A stretch of 45,973 nucleotides of DNA from Halapricum sp. (GCA_048623335.1 JBMCBU010000001.1:1-45973), one strand, 5' to 3'; shown: positions 18,550 through 28,380, counted from the stretch's first letter. Program-made: numbers and translations. The notes: generated by a model from the letters alone, not told the origin.

Positions 18550-19281
18550 GTGATCATCGTCGCTACGGCGGATTTCGAGGTCTATCATGGGGTCGTCCAG
18601 ACGTTGCGGGACCGCGGTGTCGAGTTCACAACGGTCGAACCCGACGAGCAACTGCCGGATCGCACGTCACTGGTGATCGTCGGCCCCGACGAGTCGGTCG
18701 ACGCACCGGCCGAGGTACCGGTCGTGACGGCCGACCCAGAGACGCCGCGCCGGGCGGTCGAAGAGGCACTCGCCCGACTCAGGGGCGGTCGCGGACGGAC
18801 GGTCGTCGGCATCGATCCCGGCGAGAAACCCGGAATCGCCGTCCTCACTGGAGGTATCGTCGCCGCAGCGTTCCAGGTGCCCGCGGCCGAAGCCGCCGAA
18901 GTCGTCGCTCGGGAACTCGAGGACGCGGTCGACCCGCTGGTACGCATCGGCGACGGCGCCAGGCTCGTCGGCGCGCGGATCATCGACGACATCGACGCGC
19001 CGATCGAGCTGGTCGACGAGACGGGCACGACCCCGTATCTCGGGACTGGCGCGCGCGGGATGGGTGACGTCTTGGCGGCAGCCAACATCGCCCGCATGGA
19101 GGGCGAACCAGTCGATTCCCGCGAGATCGAACCGACGGCCGGCGAGATCCAGCGGATCAAAGACCGCTCGCGGGAGGCGAGCGAGACGAACCGGGCGATC
19201 GACGAGACGCTCGCCCGGCAGGTGGCCGTCGGCGACCTCTCGATCGAGGAAGCGCTGGCCGAGCATCGCGAGAGGGACTGA
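18550..19281 (+). CDS. Hypothetical protein with a RuvC/YqgF-like RNase H-fold domain
   Basis: GTG start. VVGIDPG..PGIAV, VRIGDG, LVDETGTT and D..AA.NIA. Confidence 0.7.
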   Translation: MIIVATADFEVYHGVVQTLRDRGVEFTTVEPDEQLPDRTSLVIVGPDESVDAPAEVPVVTADPETPRRAVEEALARLRGGRGRTVVGIDPGEKPGIAVLTGGIVAAAFQVPAAEAAEVVARELEDAVDPLVRIGDGARLVGARIIDDIDAPIELVDETGTTPYLGTGARGMGDVLAAANIARMEGEPVDSREIEPTAGEIQRIKDRSREASETNRAIDETLARQVAVGDLSIEEALAEHRERD

Positions 19282-19406
19282 CGGTCGATCGCTTAGCGAG
19301 AGTGACGGCCGACCGGGGAGACGAAACATTTTGTCAGTTGCCAACGAACGACGGGATAGCAGTCGCTCGATCGACGGGGTACCGTCGGTCAGCGAACGCT
19401 CGACCA

Positions 19407-19757
19407 ATGACGCGCTACGAGACGTTCGTCGAAGACGGGACCGTGTTCGTCGGCTACGAGGAGCGCCTGGAGATCGGCTCCGTCGAGGACATCGTGGATC
19501 TCGTGGGCGGGCCGGCCTGGACGATCCAGTACACAGAGGCAGAAAAGCAGCGCCATCCGGAGATGGACACCTCCGATGAGGGACTGACCGTCGACGTCGT
19601 GGACATGCTCCAGACGATGACCCACGGCGAGCGATTCGTCGAGATGCTGGCCACCCATCCTCCGAAGGCCCTGTCCGACGAACCCGACGCGATCCCGCCA
19701 CGGATGGGACTGTTCGTGGGCAAACTGCTCGAAAACCTCGAAAACGGACTGGACTAG
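19407..19757 (+). CDS. Acidic hypothetical protein
   Basis: Acidic halophilic composition and GC-biased third codon positions. Confidence 0.7.
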   Translation: MTRYETFVEDGTVFVGYEERLEIGSVEDIVDLVGGPAWTIQYTEAEKQRHPEMDTSDEGLTVDVVDMLQTMTHGERFVEMLATHPPKALSDEPDAIPPRMGLFVGKLLENLENGLD

Positions 19758-19838
19758 CCGCTGGCTGTTCGGGCCAGCGAGTGCAAAAATTGGATCGAAC
19801 CCGAGACACATTTATCGCCAGCCCTGAAACCACGTGGC

Positions 19839-20960
19839 ATGACTGGAGTCAACCGGGGGCTCGACGGTGTTGCCGTCGCAGAGACGCGTCTGAGTCGGAT
19901 GGACGGCGAGGCCGGTGAACTGATCATCGGAGGGTTCCCCGTCGAGGAACTGGCGGAAAACGCCATCTTCGAGGAGACGCTGTATCTGCTCTTTTACGGC
20001 CGGCTCCCGGACGCAGAGGAACTGTCCGCGTTCCGCGCCGAGCTGGCCGAACGCCGGGCGATCGGCGACGAGGTACTGGCGGTGTTGCGACGGGCCGCCG
20101 AGGAGGAAGAGCCTGCGATGGACGCGCTCCGGATGGGGGCCGCGGCGGCGAACCTCGGCACCGAGGACGGTGATCCCGAGTCCGACGCCCTGCGAGTCGT
20201 CGCCACGTTCCCGACGATCGTCGCCGCATACTGGCGGTATCGTGTGGGTGAGGCGCCTGTCGAACCCGATCTCGACCTCCGTCACGCGGCGAACTATCTC
20301 TACATGCTGACCGGTGAGCGTCCGGACGAGCGTGCGGTTTGTGGGCTCGAAGCGTATCTCAACGCCGTCGTCGATCACGGACTCAACGCCTCGACGTTTA
20401 CCGCACGAGTGGTCGTCTCGACGGAGTCCGACGTGGTCTCGGCGGCGACGGCCGCGGTCGGGACGCTGAAAGGCCCGCTCCACGGCGGCGCGCCGGGGCC
20501 CGTGCTGGACATGCTCAAGGAAGTCCACGAGTCAGACGACCCCGAAACGTACGTCAGCGAGAAACTCGAAGCCGGCGAGCGTCTGATGGGATTCGGCCAC
20601 CGGATCTACCGGGTGCGTGACCCGCGCGCGTCTGTCCTCTCGGCTGCCGCCGAGCAGTTCTACGACGAGGACGACGGGTTCTTCGAGACGATTACCGACT
20701 TCGAAGACGTCGCCGTCGACCGTCTCACCGAGCACAAGCCCGACCGCGATCTGGAGACGAACGTCGAGTTCTACACGGCGGCGCTGTTATATGGTGTCGG
20801 CGTTCCCCAGGAGCTGTTCCCCGCGACGTTCGGTGTCTCTCGGGTCGGTGGCTGGATGGCCCACGCGCTGGAACAACTCGATAACAACCGACTCATCCGT
20901 CCCGAGTCGGAGTACAGCGGCGAGGTCGACCGCTCGTGGACGCCGATCGACGAGCGGTGA
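19839..20960 (+). CDS. Citrate synthase / 2-methylcitrate synthase
   Basis: DHGLNASTFTAR, LKGPLHGGA, LMGFGHRIYRVRDPR, NVEFY and LIRP. Confidence 0.95.
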   Translation: MTGVNRGLDGVAVAETRLSRMDGEAGELIIGGFPVEELAENAIFEETLYLLFYGRLPDAEELSAFRAELAERRAIGDEVLAVLRRAAEEEEPAMDALRMGAAAANLGTEDGDPESDALRVVATFPTIVAAYWRYRVGEAPVEPDLDLRHAANYLYMLTGERPDERAVCGLEAYLNAVVDHGLNASTFTARVVVSTESDVVSAATAAVGTLKGPLHGGAPGPVLDMLKEVHESDDPETYVSEKLEAGERLMGFGHRIYRVRDPRASVLSAAAEQFYDEDDGFFETITDFEDVAVDRLTEHKPDRDLETNVEFYTAALLYGVGVPQELFPATFGVSRVGGWMAHALEQLDNNRLIRPESEYSGEVDRSWTPIDER

Positions 20961-20980
20961 CGGCGTCGAAACGGAACCGA

Positions 20981-22228
20981 TCAGCGGAAGTCAGCCAGCG
21001 TCAACTGACCACCCTCTCGCGTCTCGACTGGACCGCGATCGGACTGTTCGGGCCCGTCCCAGTCGTTTGTGTCGGTTCCGTCGTCGAACTCGTCGAGGCT
21101 GATCTGCTCGCGATCGGTGAAAGATAGCTTCGAGACGCGGACGCCGACCTTGCGGACACGCGCGTCGTCGAACTCCGCGAGCAGATCCGTCGCGATCGCC
21201 TCGACCAGTTCGGGGTCGTCTACCGGACCGGAGAGTGATCGTGCCCGCGTCTGCACGTCGTAGGGTGGGGTGACGATCTTGATCCCGATCGTCTGATAGA
21301 GCGCGTTCTCGCGGCGCGCACGCGCTGCCACGGCAGTCGCGAGCGTCCGGACGCGCTCGCAGACTCGATCGGTTTCGTCGACCGGGTCGGTGAACGCAGA
21401 TTCCCGCGAGAAACTCTTGGGGTCATCGCGAGGTGTGACCGCGCGAGCGTCCTCACCGCGGGCGAACCGGTAGACCTCCCGGCCGCGCTCGCCGAAGCGA
21501 TCCGCCAGGCGGTCGGGATCGGCTGTGGCGAGATCGCCAGCCGTCTCGATCCCCATCTCGCGAAGCTCGCGCGCGGTGACGGGGCCGACGTTGTGGACGG
21601 CTTCGACGTTCATCGGTGCGAGAAATTCTCGAACCTCGCCCGGTTCGACGACCACCAGCCCGTCGGGTTTGTCGGCGTCGCTTGCGATCTTCGCGGCGCT
21701 CATCGTCGGTGCGACGCCGACGCTCGCTGTGACTCCTACCTCCGACTCGATTCGGTCTTTCAGCCCGCGAGCAACGTCTTCGACGCCCGTCCAGTCGGTA
21801 CGGTCGGTCACGTCGAGGTAGGCCTCGTCGATGCTGACTCTCCGAACCACGTCCGCACTGTCCCGGAGGATCGCCTGTACGTCGTCGCTGACGGACTCGT
21901 AGTAGTCCATATCGACTGGCCGGTACCAGCCCGTTTCGTCGATGTCCTCACCGTTCGCGTCCGCCCCGTCCCGTCGCGGGAGTCGCTCCAGGGCTTCCGA
22001 GATCGCCATCGCGCTCTCGACACCGAATTCGCGTGCCTCGTAGCTCGCCGTGGCCACGGCACCGTGATCCGCGCCGTCCTCGTAGCCCATGCCGACGACC
22101 ACCGGTTCGCCCCGGAGTTCGGGCTCGCGCAACCGCTCGCAGGCCGCGTAGAAGCAGTCCATGTCCACGTGACAGACCACCTGCTCGGGACGCCGCTCGA
22201 TCCCGGGCAGGCGCGCACGCTCGGGCAT
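20981..22228 (-). CDS. dinB: Y-family DNA polymerase IV (DinB/PolY)
   Basis: HVDMDCFYAACE, VATASYEAR.FGV.SAM, SIDEAYLD, AKIASD..KPDG and GVRV. Confidence 0.95.
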   Translation of the reverse strand: MPERARLPGIERRPEQVVCHVDMDCFYAACERLREPELRGEPVVVGMGYEDGADHGAVATASYEAREFGVESAMAISEALERLPRRDGADANGEDIDETGWYRPVDMDYYESVSDDVQAILRDSADVVRRVSIDEAYLDVTDRTDWTGVEDVARGLKDRIESEVGVTASVGVAPTMSAAKIASDADKPDGLVVVEPGEVREFLAPMNVEAVHNVGPVTARELREMGIETAGDLATADPDRLADRFGERGREVYRFARGEDARAVTPRDDPKSFSRESAFTDPVDETDRVCERVRTLATAVAARARRENALYQTIGIKIVTPPYDVQTRARSLSGPVDDPELVEAIATDLLAEFDDARVRKVGVRVSKLSFTDREQISLDEFDDGTDTNDWDGPEQSDRGPVETREGGQLTLADFR

Positions 22229-22274
22229 ACACGCCACTACGACTCCAGGGGCCGTTACCGTTGCGACAGCGGCG

Positions 22275-22432
22275 GGAGAAACGGACCACCCGCTGGCGAG
22301 CGTGGTTTTCCGAGAAGCCCGGCGGTGCGGTGGCCAATCCACCGCCGGGACCGCGCGGTTCGTCGGCGATGCCAATTCCGGACGTTCACGACGGTGGTTC
22401 CCGTCGGGAACCTCACGGAACGAGGTTCCACG
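22275..22432 (-). ncRNA. Candidate structured sRNA or dinB 5' leader (string of hairpins)
   Basis: Perfect stems 22407-22414/22422-22429 (8 bp), 22389-22394/22401-22406 (6 bp) and 22318-22327/22340-22349 (10 bp), downstream of a minus-strand TATA (atttatg, 22460-22454). Confidence 0.4.
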
Positions 22433-22461
22433 TGCGTGTAACTCCCACGCACACATAAATC
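22433..22461 (-). promoter_or_regulatory. TATA box plus palindromic operator-like site TGCGTG-N7-CACGCA
   Basis: Minus strand reads gatttatgtg-tgcgtg-ggagtta-cacgca. Same layout as 10274-10301. Confidence 0.5.
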
Positions 22462-22525
22462 TACCGGCGGGCTCTCGGACGGTCGAAAAACGCGAGTCGA
22501 AAACCGGCGACGGTTCGAGAACCGT

Positions 22526-23173
22526 TCAGACCAGCGGGTCGACGAGGTCTTCGAGAACGGCACGGGGGTCGTCGGCCTTGGCGACGCCGCTGGCCAGCAG
22601 GACGCCGCTGGCACCGAGGTCACCGGCGGCGTCGACGTCGTCGCCGCTGGAGATGCCGGCCCCACAGAACACGTCGACGTCCTCGTCGACGTTGGCAGCG
22701 GCGTCGACGGCATCAGTGACGATGTCGGGATCAGCCGTCGCGACCGAGACGTCACCACCGATCAGTTCCGGCGGTTCGACGGCGACGGCGTCAGGTCCGA
22801 GTGCCGTCACCGCACCGATCTGTTCGGGGTTGTTGGCACAGACGACTGTCTCCAGCCCGGCCCGCTCGGCGGCTTCGACCGATCCGTCGATGTCGGCGAG
22901 TTTCAGCCGGTGCTCGGAGTGGTTGATCAGCGTCCCGTCCGCCCCGGCCTCCGCGACGCTTTCCGCGAGCGTGTGGCCGGTGTTGCTCCCGTAGTCGATT
23001 GGATCTACGTGCTGGGCCCAGGTCTCGACGCCGGTCTCGGCGACGGCCTCGAGGTGTGCGGCCTGGGGTGCGACACCGACTCGGACGCCACTGTCGTCGG
23101 CGACGTCGGCGGCGGCCTGTGCCACTTCGATCGGATCGCACGGGTACGTCTTTAGATTGACAAGAACGAACAT
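22526..23173 (-). CDS. tpiA: Triosephosphate isomerase (archaeal type)
   Basis: [31 protein letters not shown] and GVLLASG. Confidence 0.96.
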   Translation of the reverse strand: MFVLVNLKTYPCDPIEVAQAAADVADDSGVRVGVAPQAAHLEAVAETGVETWAQHVDPIDYGSNTGHTLAESVAEAGADGTLINHSEHRLKLADIDGSVEAAERAGLETVVCANNPEQIGAVTALGPDAVAVEPPELIGGDVSVATADPDIVTDAVDAAANVDEDVDVFCGAGISSGDDVDAAGDLGASGVLLASGVAKADDPRAVLEDLVDPLV

Positions 23174-23280
23174 TCCGAATGGATCTTCTCAGGCCTGTGG
23201 AAAATAGATTTCGAGTTTTCTCTGGAACTGCGAAGGAAAGGTTAACGAGCGAACGACCTCAACGTTCGTCCGGTGAACTC

Positions 23281-23841
23281 GTGAGCACTGCGCCCGCGGA
23301 ACGAGGGACGGTACTGGTCGTCGAAGACGAGCAGCATCTCGCCGACCTCTATACGGAGTATCTCGGCGACCGTTACGAGGTTCGGACGGCATACGGTGGT
23401 CGGGAAGGGATCGAGATGCTCGCGGAGGATATCGACGTCGTCCTGCTCGACCGGCGGATGCCGGTCGTCTCGGGCAACGAGGTCCTCGCGGCGATCGAGG
23501 AGAACGGCTACGATCCCCGGATCGCGATGGTAACGGCCGTCGACCCGGACTTCGACATCATCGACCTCGGTGTAGACGACTACCTGGTCAAGCCGGTCAG
23601 CAAGAACGCGTTGGTGAACGTCGTCGATCGGCTAGTGACGATCACCGAGTACAGCGAGCGCTTACAGGAGTTGACCTCGAAAAAGCTCAAGCGCAACGTA
23701 CTCCAGATAGAAAAGCCGAAGTCGGAGCTACGCGAGAGTGATCGCTACGCCGACCTCGAAGCCGAGATCGACCGCCTCGAAGCAGAGCTAGACGAGCTCT
23801 CTGCGGACCTATCCGAAGACGACCTGTTCAGAGAGCACTGA
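23281..23841 (+). CDS. Response regulator receiver protein with a HalX-type coiled coil
   Basis: VLVVEDE, VLLDRRMP (phospho-Asp), MVTAV, DDYLVKP and a C-terminal coiled coil. No cognate kinase adjacent. Confidence 0.9.
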   Translation: MSTAPAERGTVLVVEDEQHLADLYTEYLGDRYEVRTAYGGREGIEMLAEDIDVVLLDRRMPVVSGNEVLAAIEENGYDPRIAMVTAVDPDFDIIDLGVDDYLVKPVSKNALVNVVDRLVTITEYSERLQELTSKKLKRNVLQIEKPKSELRESDRYADLEAEIDRLEAELDELSADLSEDDLFREH

Positions 23842-24390
23842 TCAGTCCTTTCGCTCGACGACGTCGCCGAGCGTGTACTCACCGCTCGCGGAACCGCCTT
23901 CCCATTCGGTGTCTTCGTCGGGGGTCGATCCCGCCGAGAGGTCGATCCCGAGTTCGCGTTCGAGCTTTCGCTGTACGTCGTCGCTGGGAAGGACCTCACC
24001 GTGTTCGAGCTTGCGGATCAGACTCGCCTTCTCGTTGAGGTCTTTCGCGAGGTCTTCCTGGCTGATCCCGGCCGATTCGCGAGCCGATCGGATGCGCTCG
24101 TCGTAATCCTGTGCGACCTCGTCCATCTCGTCGAACATGTCGCGGCGACGCCCGCCGCCTGAGCTCTGCGAGCTCGACGTGCTCGCTCCGCCGCTCGAAC
24201 TGGCCGTCGAACCGCCCGAACCGCTCGATCCGGACGAGCTGGTCGAGTATTTCGTGCTCGTACTCGACTGCTGAGTCTTCACTTCGGTCCCGAACTCCGC
24301 ACACTCGTCGCAGACCTGGAGTTCCGCGCCCTCGATCTTGACGGTGTTCGGTGAATTCGTCTCCTTCCCGCACATCTCACACTGGACCAT
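23842..24390 (-). CDS. Archaeal multiprotein bridging factor aMBF1
   Basis: CEMCG...VC.EC Zn ribbon, Ser/Gly linker, XRE-HTH (IRSARE..GISQEDLA) and C-terminal TLGDVV. Confidence 0.92.
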   Translation of the reverse strand: MVQCEMCGKETNSPNTVKIEGAELQVCDECAEFGTEVKTQQSSTSTKYSTSSSGSSGSGGSTASSSGGASTSSSQSSGGGRRRDMFDEMDEVAQDYDERIRSARESAGISQEDLAKDLNEKASLIRKLEHGEVLPSDDVQRKLERELGIDLSAGSTPDEDTEWEGGSASGEYTLGDVVERKD

Positions 24391-24470
24391 GTTGAGCTAT
24401 AACTCGCGCCTCGGCATAAAACGTACGCCGTCGATTGTGGTTGCAGTGTCGACGGTCCCCGGTCCAGGTG

Positions 24471-25097
24471 CTACCGGTGTGCCTTGATGACGACGAACGA
24501 TCCATCGCCGTGTCCCGGTTTGACCGGCTCGGGCTCGTCGATCTCGTCGATCCACTGGAAGACGGTCTGGACGGTTTCGAGGTCGGTGAATCCCGCATCG
24601 AGCAGTTCGTCCCGAAGCCGGTCGGTCGAGACGAACGTCGCGTCCCTGTAGAACGGGTTCTCCGCTTTGTGTTCCTCGTATATTTCGCCGACTGGACTGT
24701 GTCTGTCGACGTAGCCGATGAGAATCGCACCGTCCGAATCGAGCACCCGCCGCGCTTGCGCAAGCGTCGCCGGGATGTCGTCGACGAAACAGATCGTCGT
24801 CACGAGCAACACGGTCTCGAACGTGTTCTCTTCGAACGGCAATTGCTCGGCGACGCCACGGACGACGTCGATCCCACGTTGTCGCGCGAGCTGGAGCATC
24901 TCACCGGCGGGATCGACACCCACGTCGATTCCGAGCGGCGCGCCGAACCGGCCGCTGCCGACGCCGACCTCGAGTGCCCGTCCGTCGCCGAGCAACTGGT
25001 CGATGGCGTTCAGCTCGGACTCATACACCGCGTCGTACTCGTCGAACCACGCTTCATACGTGTCGGTGTGTTCCTCGAACGGCGTTGCGTTGGGCAT
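24471..25097 (-). CDS. Class I SAM-dependent methyltransferase
   Basis: LEVGVGSGRF, GVDP, AEQLPF and TTICFVDD. Confidence 0.9.
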   Translation of the reverse strand: MPNATPFEEHTDTYEAWFDEYDAVYESELNAIDQLLGDGRALEVGVGSGRFGAPLGIDVGVDPAGEMLQLARQRGIDVVRGVAEQLPFEENTFETVLLVTTICFVDDIPATLAQARRVLDSDGAILIGYVDRHSPVGEIYEEHKAENPFYRDATFVSTDRLRDELLDAGFTDLETVQTVFQWIDEIDEPEPVKPGHGDGSFVVIKAHR

Positions 25098-25281
25098 ACT
25101 CCCGTGTTCGGGTGTCGAATATACCAGCGTTTGGATATCCGCTGTGTTCGGCTGTCCGACCGACTCGCCAACCGCCTCGGGGTCAAGTGGTTCGAACGGT
25201 CGAGAGTGGCCCCTCTCGATGGTTCCGAGTGACACCCCGAAGATCCGAACGAGATATATCTGTGCGAAACGAGTGAAAACC

Positions 25282-25563
25282 ATGGCCAGAACCAACAAAC
25301 AGGCAACAGAATCGCCGATTGAGCGAGATATCCCTTCAAAGGGGGTGCTATTTTGTCCGAATTGCGGCCACCGGAGTCAGTGGGACGGCGACTGGGATAT
25401 CGTCAAGAGTGGGTTGGGCTCTCGCTACCGTTGTCCGGACTGTCGAACAGCAGTCGTGTCCCAGCCATCCCCGGAGACGCCCCGTTCCCCGTTCGATAAC
25501 GCTGATCCCTGGCAGATCTGGTGGACCAATATTCGGCTGGCTCGGAAGCTATTCTGGATGTAG
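25282..25563 (+). CDS. Small CPxCG zinc-ribbon protein
   Basis: LFCPNCGH...DGDW...YRCPDC, typical of haloarchaeal one-domain Zn-finger proteins. Confidence 0.7.
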   Translation: MARTNKQATESPIERDIPSKGVLFCPNCGHRSQWDGDWDIVKSGLGSRYRCPDCRTAVVSQPSPETPRSPFDNADPWQIWWTNIRLARKLFWM

Positions 25564-25660
25564 CGAGACAGTTTTCGCTCATTCGACAAGACCTGCCGAT
25601 CAACAGGATGTGATTGCCGGTTCCAGTACGCATCTATCGTCCGAGTCGAAAGCGCGCCCA

Positions 25661-26170
25661 ATGGCAACGACTGCTGGCGATACAACTGTCGATCAGTTCA
25701 CGGCGGCCCTCGAGGAACTCGACGTCGGCTGGACACTGACGACACCCTCCGACCTTCCCGATGAACTGGAACGGTTCGCAGAACCGATTGTCGGCGCGTC
25801 TTTTCCCTTCGAGACCCCTTCACTCCCCGATTCGATCCCACGAGCGACACGGTCTGACGACCTCACGGCGGCCAACACCGGCGTCACAGCCGCCACGCTC
25901 GCGATCGCGGCGTACGGGAGTGTCGTGATCGGGTCGGACCCGCCCGAAACCGAACCAGTGAGCCTCTATGCCGACACGCACGTCGCTGTCGTCCGCTCTG
26001 CGGACATCGTCGACTCGATGAGCGACGCGTTCGCCGAACTCGGGCCGCAACTGCGAGAGACGGGCGGAAACGCGATCATCGCGACCGGGCCGAGCGCGAC
26101 CGCCGACATGGGTGCGCTGGTCCGCGGTGTCCACGGGCCGAGTGACGTCCACGTGGTGATCGTCCGATGA
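25661..26170 (+). CDS. LUD-domain protein (LutC-like, lactate utilisation)
   Basis: TGVT.A.LAIA.YGSVV and ATGPSATADM..LVRGVHGP. Confidence 0.88.
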   Translation: MATTAGDTTVDQFTAALEELDVGWTLTTPSDLPDELERFAEPIVGASFPFETPSLPDSIPRATRSDDLTAANTGVTAATLAIAAYGSVVIGSDPPETEPVSLYADTHVAVVRSADIVDSMSDAFAELGPQLRETGGNAIIATGPSATADMGALVRGVHGPSDVHVVIVR

Positions 26171-28356
26171 GCCGGGAATCCAAGCGAGCCAAGGCCGCGC
26201 AGATCCGCCAGACGATGGCCGCCGAGGGTGCGGCCGTCCGGGAGAACACCCAAGGATTCAACCAGGGTCGCTACGACTCGGTCGCCGATCTATCGGACTA
26301 CCAGGGCCTGAAAGACGAGGCGCGCCGGATCAAAGAAGACGCCATCGAACGACTCCCGGAGCTGATCGATCAGCTCACCGAAACCATCGAAGCGAACGGT
26401 GGAACGGTCTATCTCGCCGAGGACGAGGCCGACGCGAACGAGTACATCGCGTCGCTTGTCGAGTCCGAAGAGACCGTCGTCAAGAGCAAGTCGATGACCA
26501 GCGAGGAGCTCGAGGTCAACGAACACCTCGAAGCTGCGGGTGCGAACGTCGTCGAGACCGATCTCGGGGAGTGGGTCCTGCAGGTCGCCGAGGAGGCACC
26601 GAGCCACCTCGTGGCGCCGGCGATCCACAAGTCGCGCGAGTCCATCGCCGAGCTGCTTCGTGAACGGTTCGATCCCGATCGACCGCTGGAGACGCCGGAG
26701 GATCTCACGGCCTTCGCCAGCGAGTACCTGGCCGACGCCTTCGAGGAGGCTGATGTCGGCATGACCGGCGCGAACTTCCTCACTGCCGACAACGGGACGA
26801 TGCTGCTGGTCACCAGCGAGGGCAACGCCCGTAAGACCGTCGCCGCCACAGACCGCCACGTCGCGGTCGCCGGCGTCGAGAAGATCGTCCCCAGCCTCGA
26901 GGACCTCCAGCCGTTCGTCGAGTTGATCGGCCGGTCGGGTACCGGTCAGGACATCACCGCCTACGTCTCCCTGCTTACGCCCCCGGTCGAGACGGCGACG
27001 TTCGGCGAGACAGACGTCGAAGGCAGCGACGACCGCGAGTTCCACCTGGTGTTGATCGACAACGGCCGCATGGCCATGCGCGAGGACGACCAGCTTCGCG
27101 AGACGCTGTACTGCATTCGGTGCTCGGCGTGTGCCAACACGTGTGCGAACTTCCAGCAGGTCGGCGGCCACGAATTCGGCGGCGAGACCTACACCGGCGG
27201 GATCGCCGGCGGCTGGGAGACCGGCGTCCACGGTCTCGACAGCAGCGAAGAGTTCGTCGACCTCTGTACTGGCTGTTCGCGCTGTGTCGAGGCCTGTCCG
27301 GTCGGGATCGACATCCCGTGGATCAACACGGTCGTCCGCGATCGGATCAACCGCGGTGCCGACGGTCACACCTACGACTTCCTGGTCGACGGGTTGACCC
27401 CTGACGCCGAACAGGGCGGGATGAGCCTCCAGAAGCGCTTTTTCGGCAACTTCGTCACGGTCGCGAAGCTCGGGAGCGCTTTCGCGCCGGTCTCGAACTG
27501 GCTGGCGAGCTTCGGCCCCAACCGCTGGATCGCCGAGCGACTGCTGGGCGTCGATCGTCGCCGCGACATGCCTCAGTTCAGCCGCGAGACGCTCAAGGGA
27601 TGGGCCAGCGACCGGAACGGGCCGGCAGATCCCGACCGCGAGGTCGTCTTCGTGGCCGATACGTACACCAACTACATGCACGTCGAGCGCGGGAAAGCCG
27701 CGATCCGGACGCTGGAGGCGCTGAACGTCGACGTGACGGTCGCCGACGTGACCGAGAGTGGCCGCGCCGCCCTCTCACAGGGGATGGTCGCGACCGCGAC
27801 GCGCCACGGCGAGCGCGTCGCCGAGGAGTTGCTCCCCCACGTCGAGGCCGGCCGAGACGTGGTGATGGTCGAGCCGAGCGACCTGGCGATGCTTCGGGAC
27901 GACTACGGACAGTTGCTCGACCGGACAACCTACGAACAGCTTTCGGCGAACAGCTACGAGATACTGGAGTACGTCTACGGGCTGCTGGAGAACGGTGCCG
28001 ACGCCGACGCCCTGCGGAACGGCGACGGCGCGGAACTCGCCTACCACGGCCACTGCCAGCAGCGGACGCTCGGGCTGGCCGCTCACACCGAGGCCGTCCT
28101 CGAGAAACTCGGTTACGATCTCATCACCTCCGACGTCGAGTGCTGTGGCATGGCCGGTTCGTTCGGCTTCAAACAGCAGTATTACGACGTGAGCATGGCT
28201 GTCGGCGAGGATTTGCGCGAGCAGTTCTCGACGCCGGAAGCCGAGGGTCGGACGATCGTCGCCAGCGGCACGTCCTGTCACGATCAGTTGACCGATCTCA
28301 TGACACAGGAGGTGCCACATCCGATCGAACTGGTAGCACCTTCGGAGCGTGCTTAA
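26167..28356 (+). CDS. LutB-like LUD/4Fe-4S protein fused to a LutA/GlpC-like cysteine-rich (CCG) domain
   Basis: KSKSMTSEE, ETDLGE, PSHLVAPAIH, CIRCSACANTC, CTGCSRCVEACP, YHGHC, CCGMAGSFG and SGTSC. Confidence 0.9.
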   Translation: MSRESKRAKAAQIRQTMAAEGAAVRENTQGFNQGRYDSVADLSDYQGLKDEARRIKEDAIERLPELIDQLTETIEANGGTVYLAEDEADANEYIASLVESEETVVKSKSMTSEELEVNEHLEAAGANVVETDLGEWVLQVAEEAPSHLVAPAIHKSRESIAELLRERFDPDRPLETPEDLTAFASEYLADAFEEADVGMTGANFLTADNGTMLLVTSEGNARKTVAATDRHVAVAGVEKIVPSLEDLQPFVELIGRSGTGQDITAYVSLLTPPVETATFGETDVEGSDDREFHLVLIDNGRMAMREDDQLRETLYCIRCSACANTCANFQQVGGHEFGGETYTGGIAGGWETGVHGLDSSEEFVDLCTGCSRCVEACPVGIDIPWINTVVRDRINRGADGHTYDFLVDGLTPDAEQGGMSLQKRFFGNFVTVAKLGSAFAPVSNWLASFGPNRWIAERLLGVDRRRDMPQFSRETLKGWASDRNGPADPDREVVFVADTYTNYMHVERGKAAIRTLEALNVDVTVADVTESGRAALSQGMVATATRHGERVAEELLPHVEAGRDVVMVEPSDLAMLRDDYGQLLDRTTYEQLSANSYEILEYVYGLLENGADADALRNGDGAELAYHGHCQQRTLGLAAHTEAVLEKLGYDLITSDVECCGMAGSFGFKQQYYDVSMAVGEDLREQFSTPEAEGRTIVASGTSCHDQLTDLMTQEVPHPIELVAPSERA

Positions 28357-28380
28357 GGGTATCCAGCACATATGCGCCCT

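Noticed and set aside
24160-24280. Ser/Gly-rich repetitive stretch
   Set aside because: Normal flexible linker between the Zn ribbon and the HTH of haloarchaeal aMBF1.
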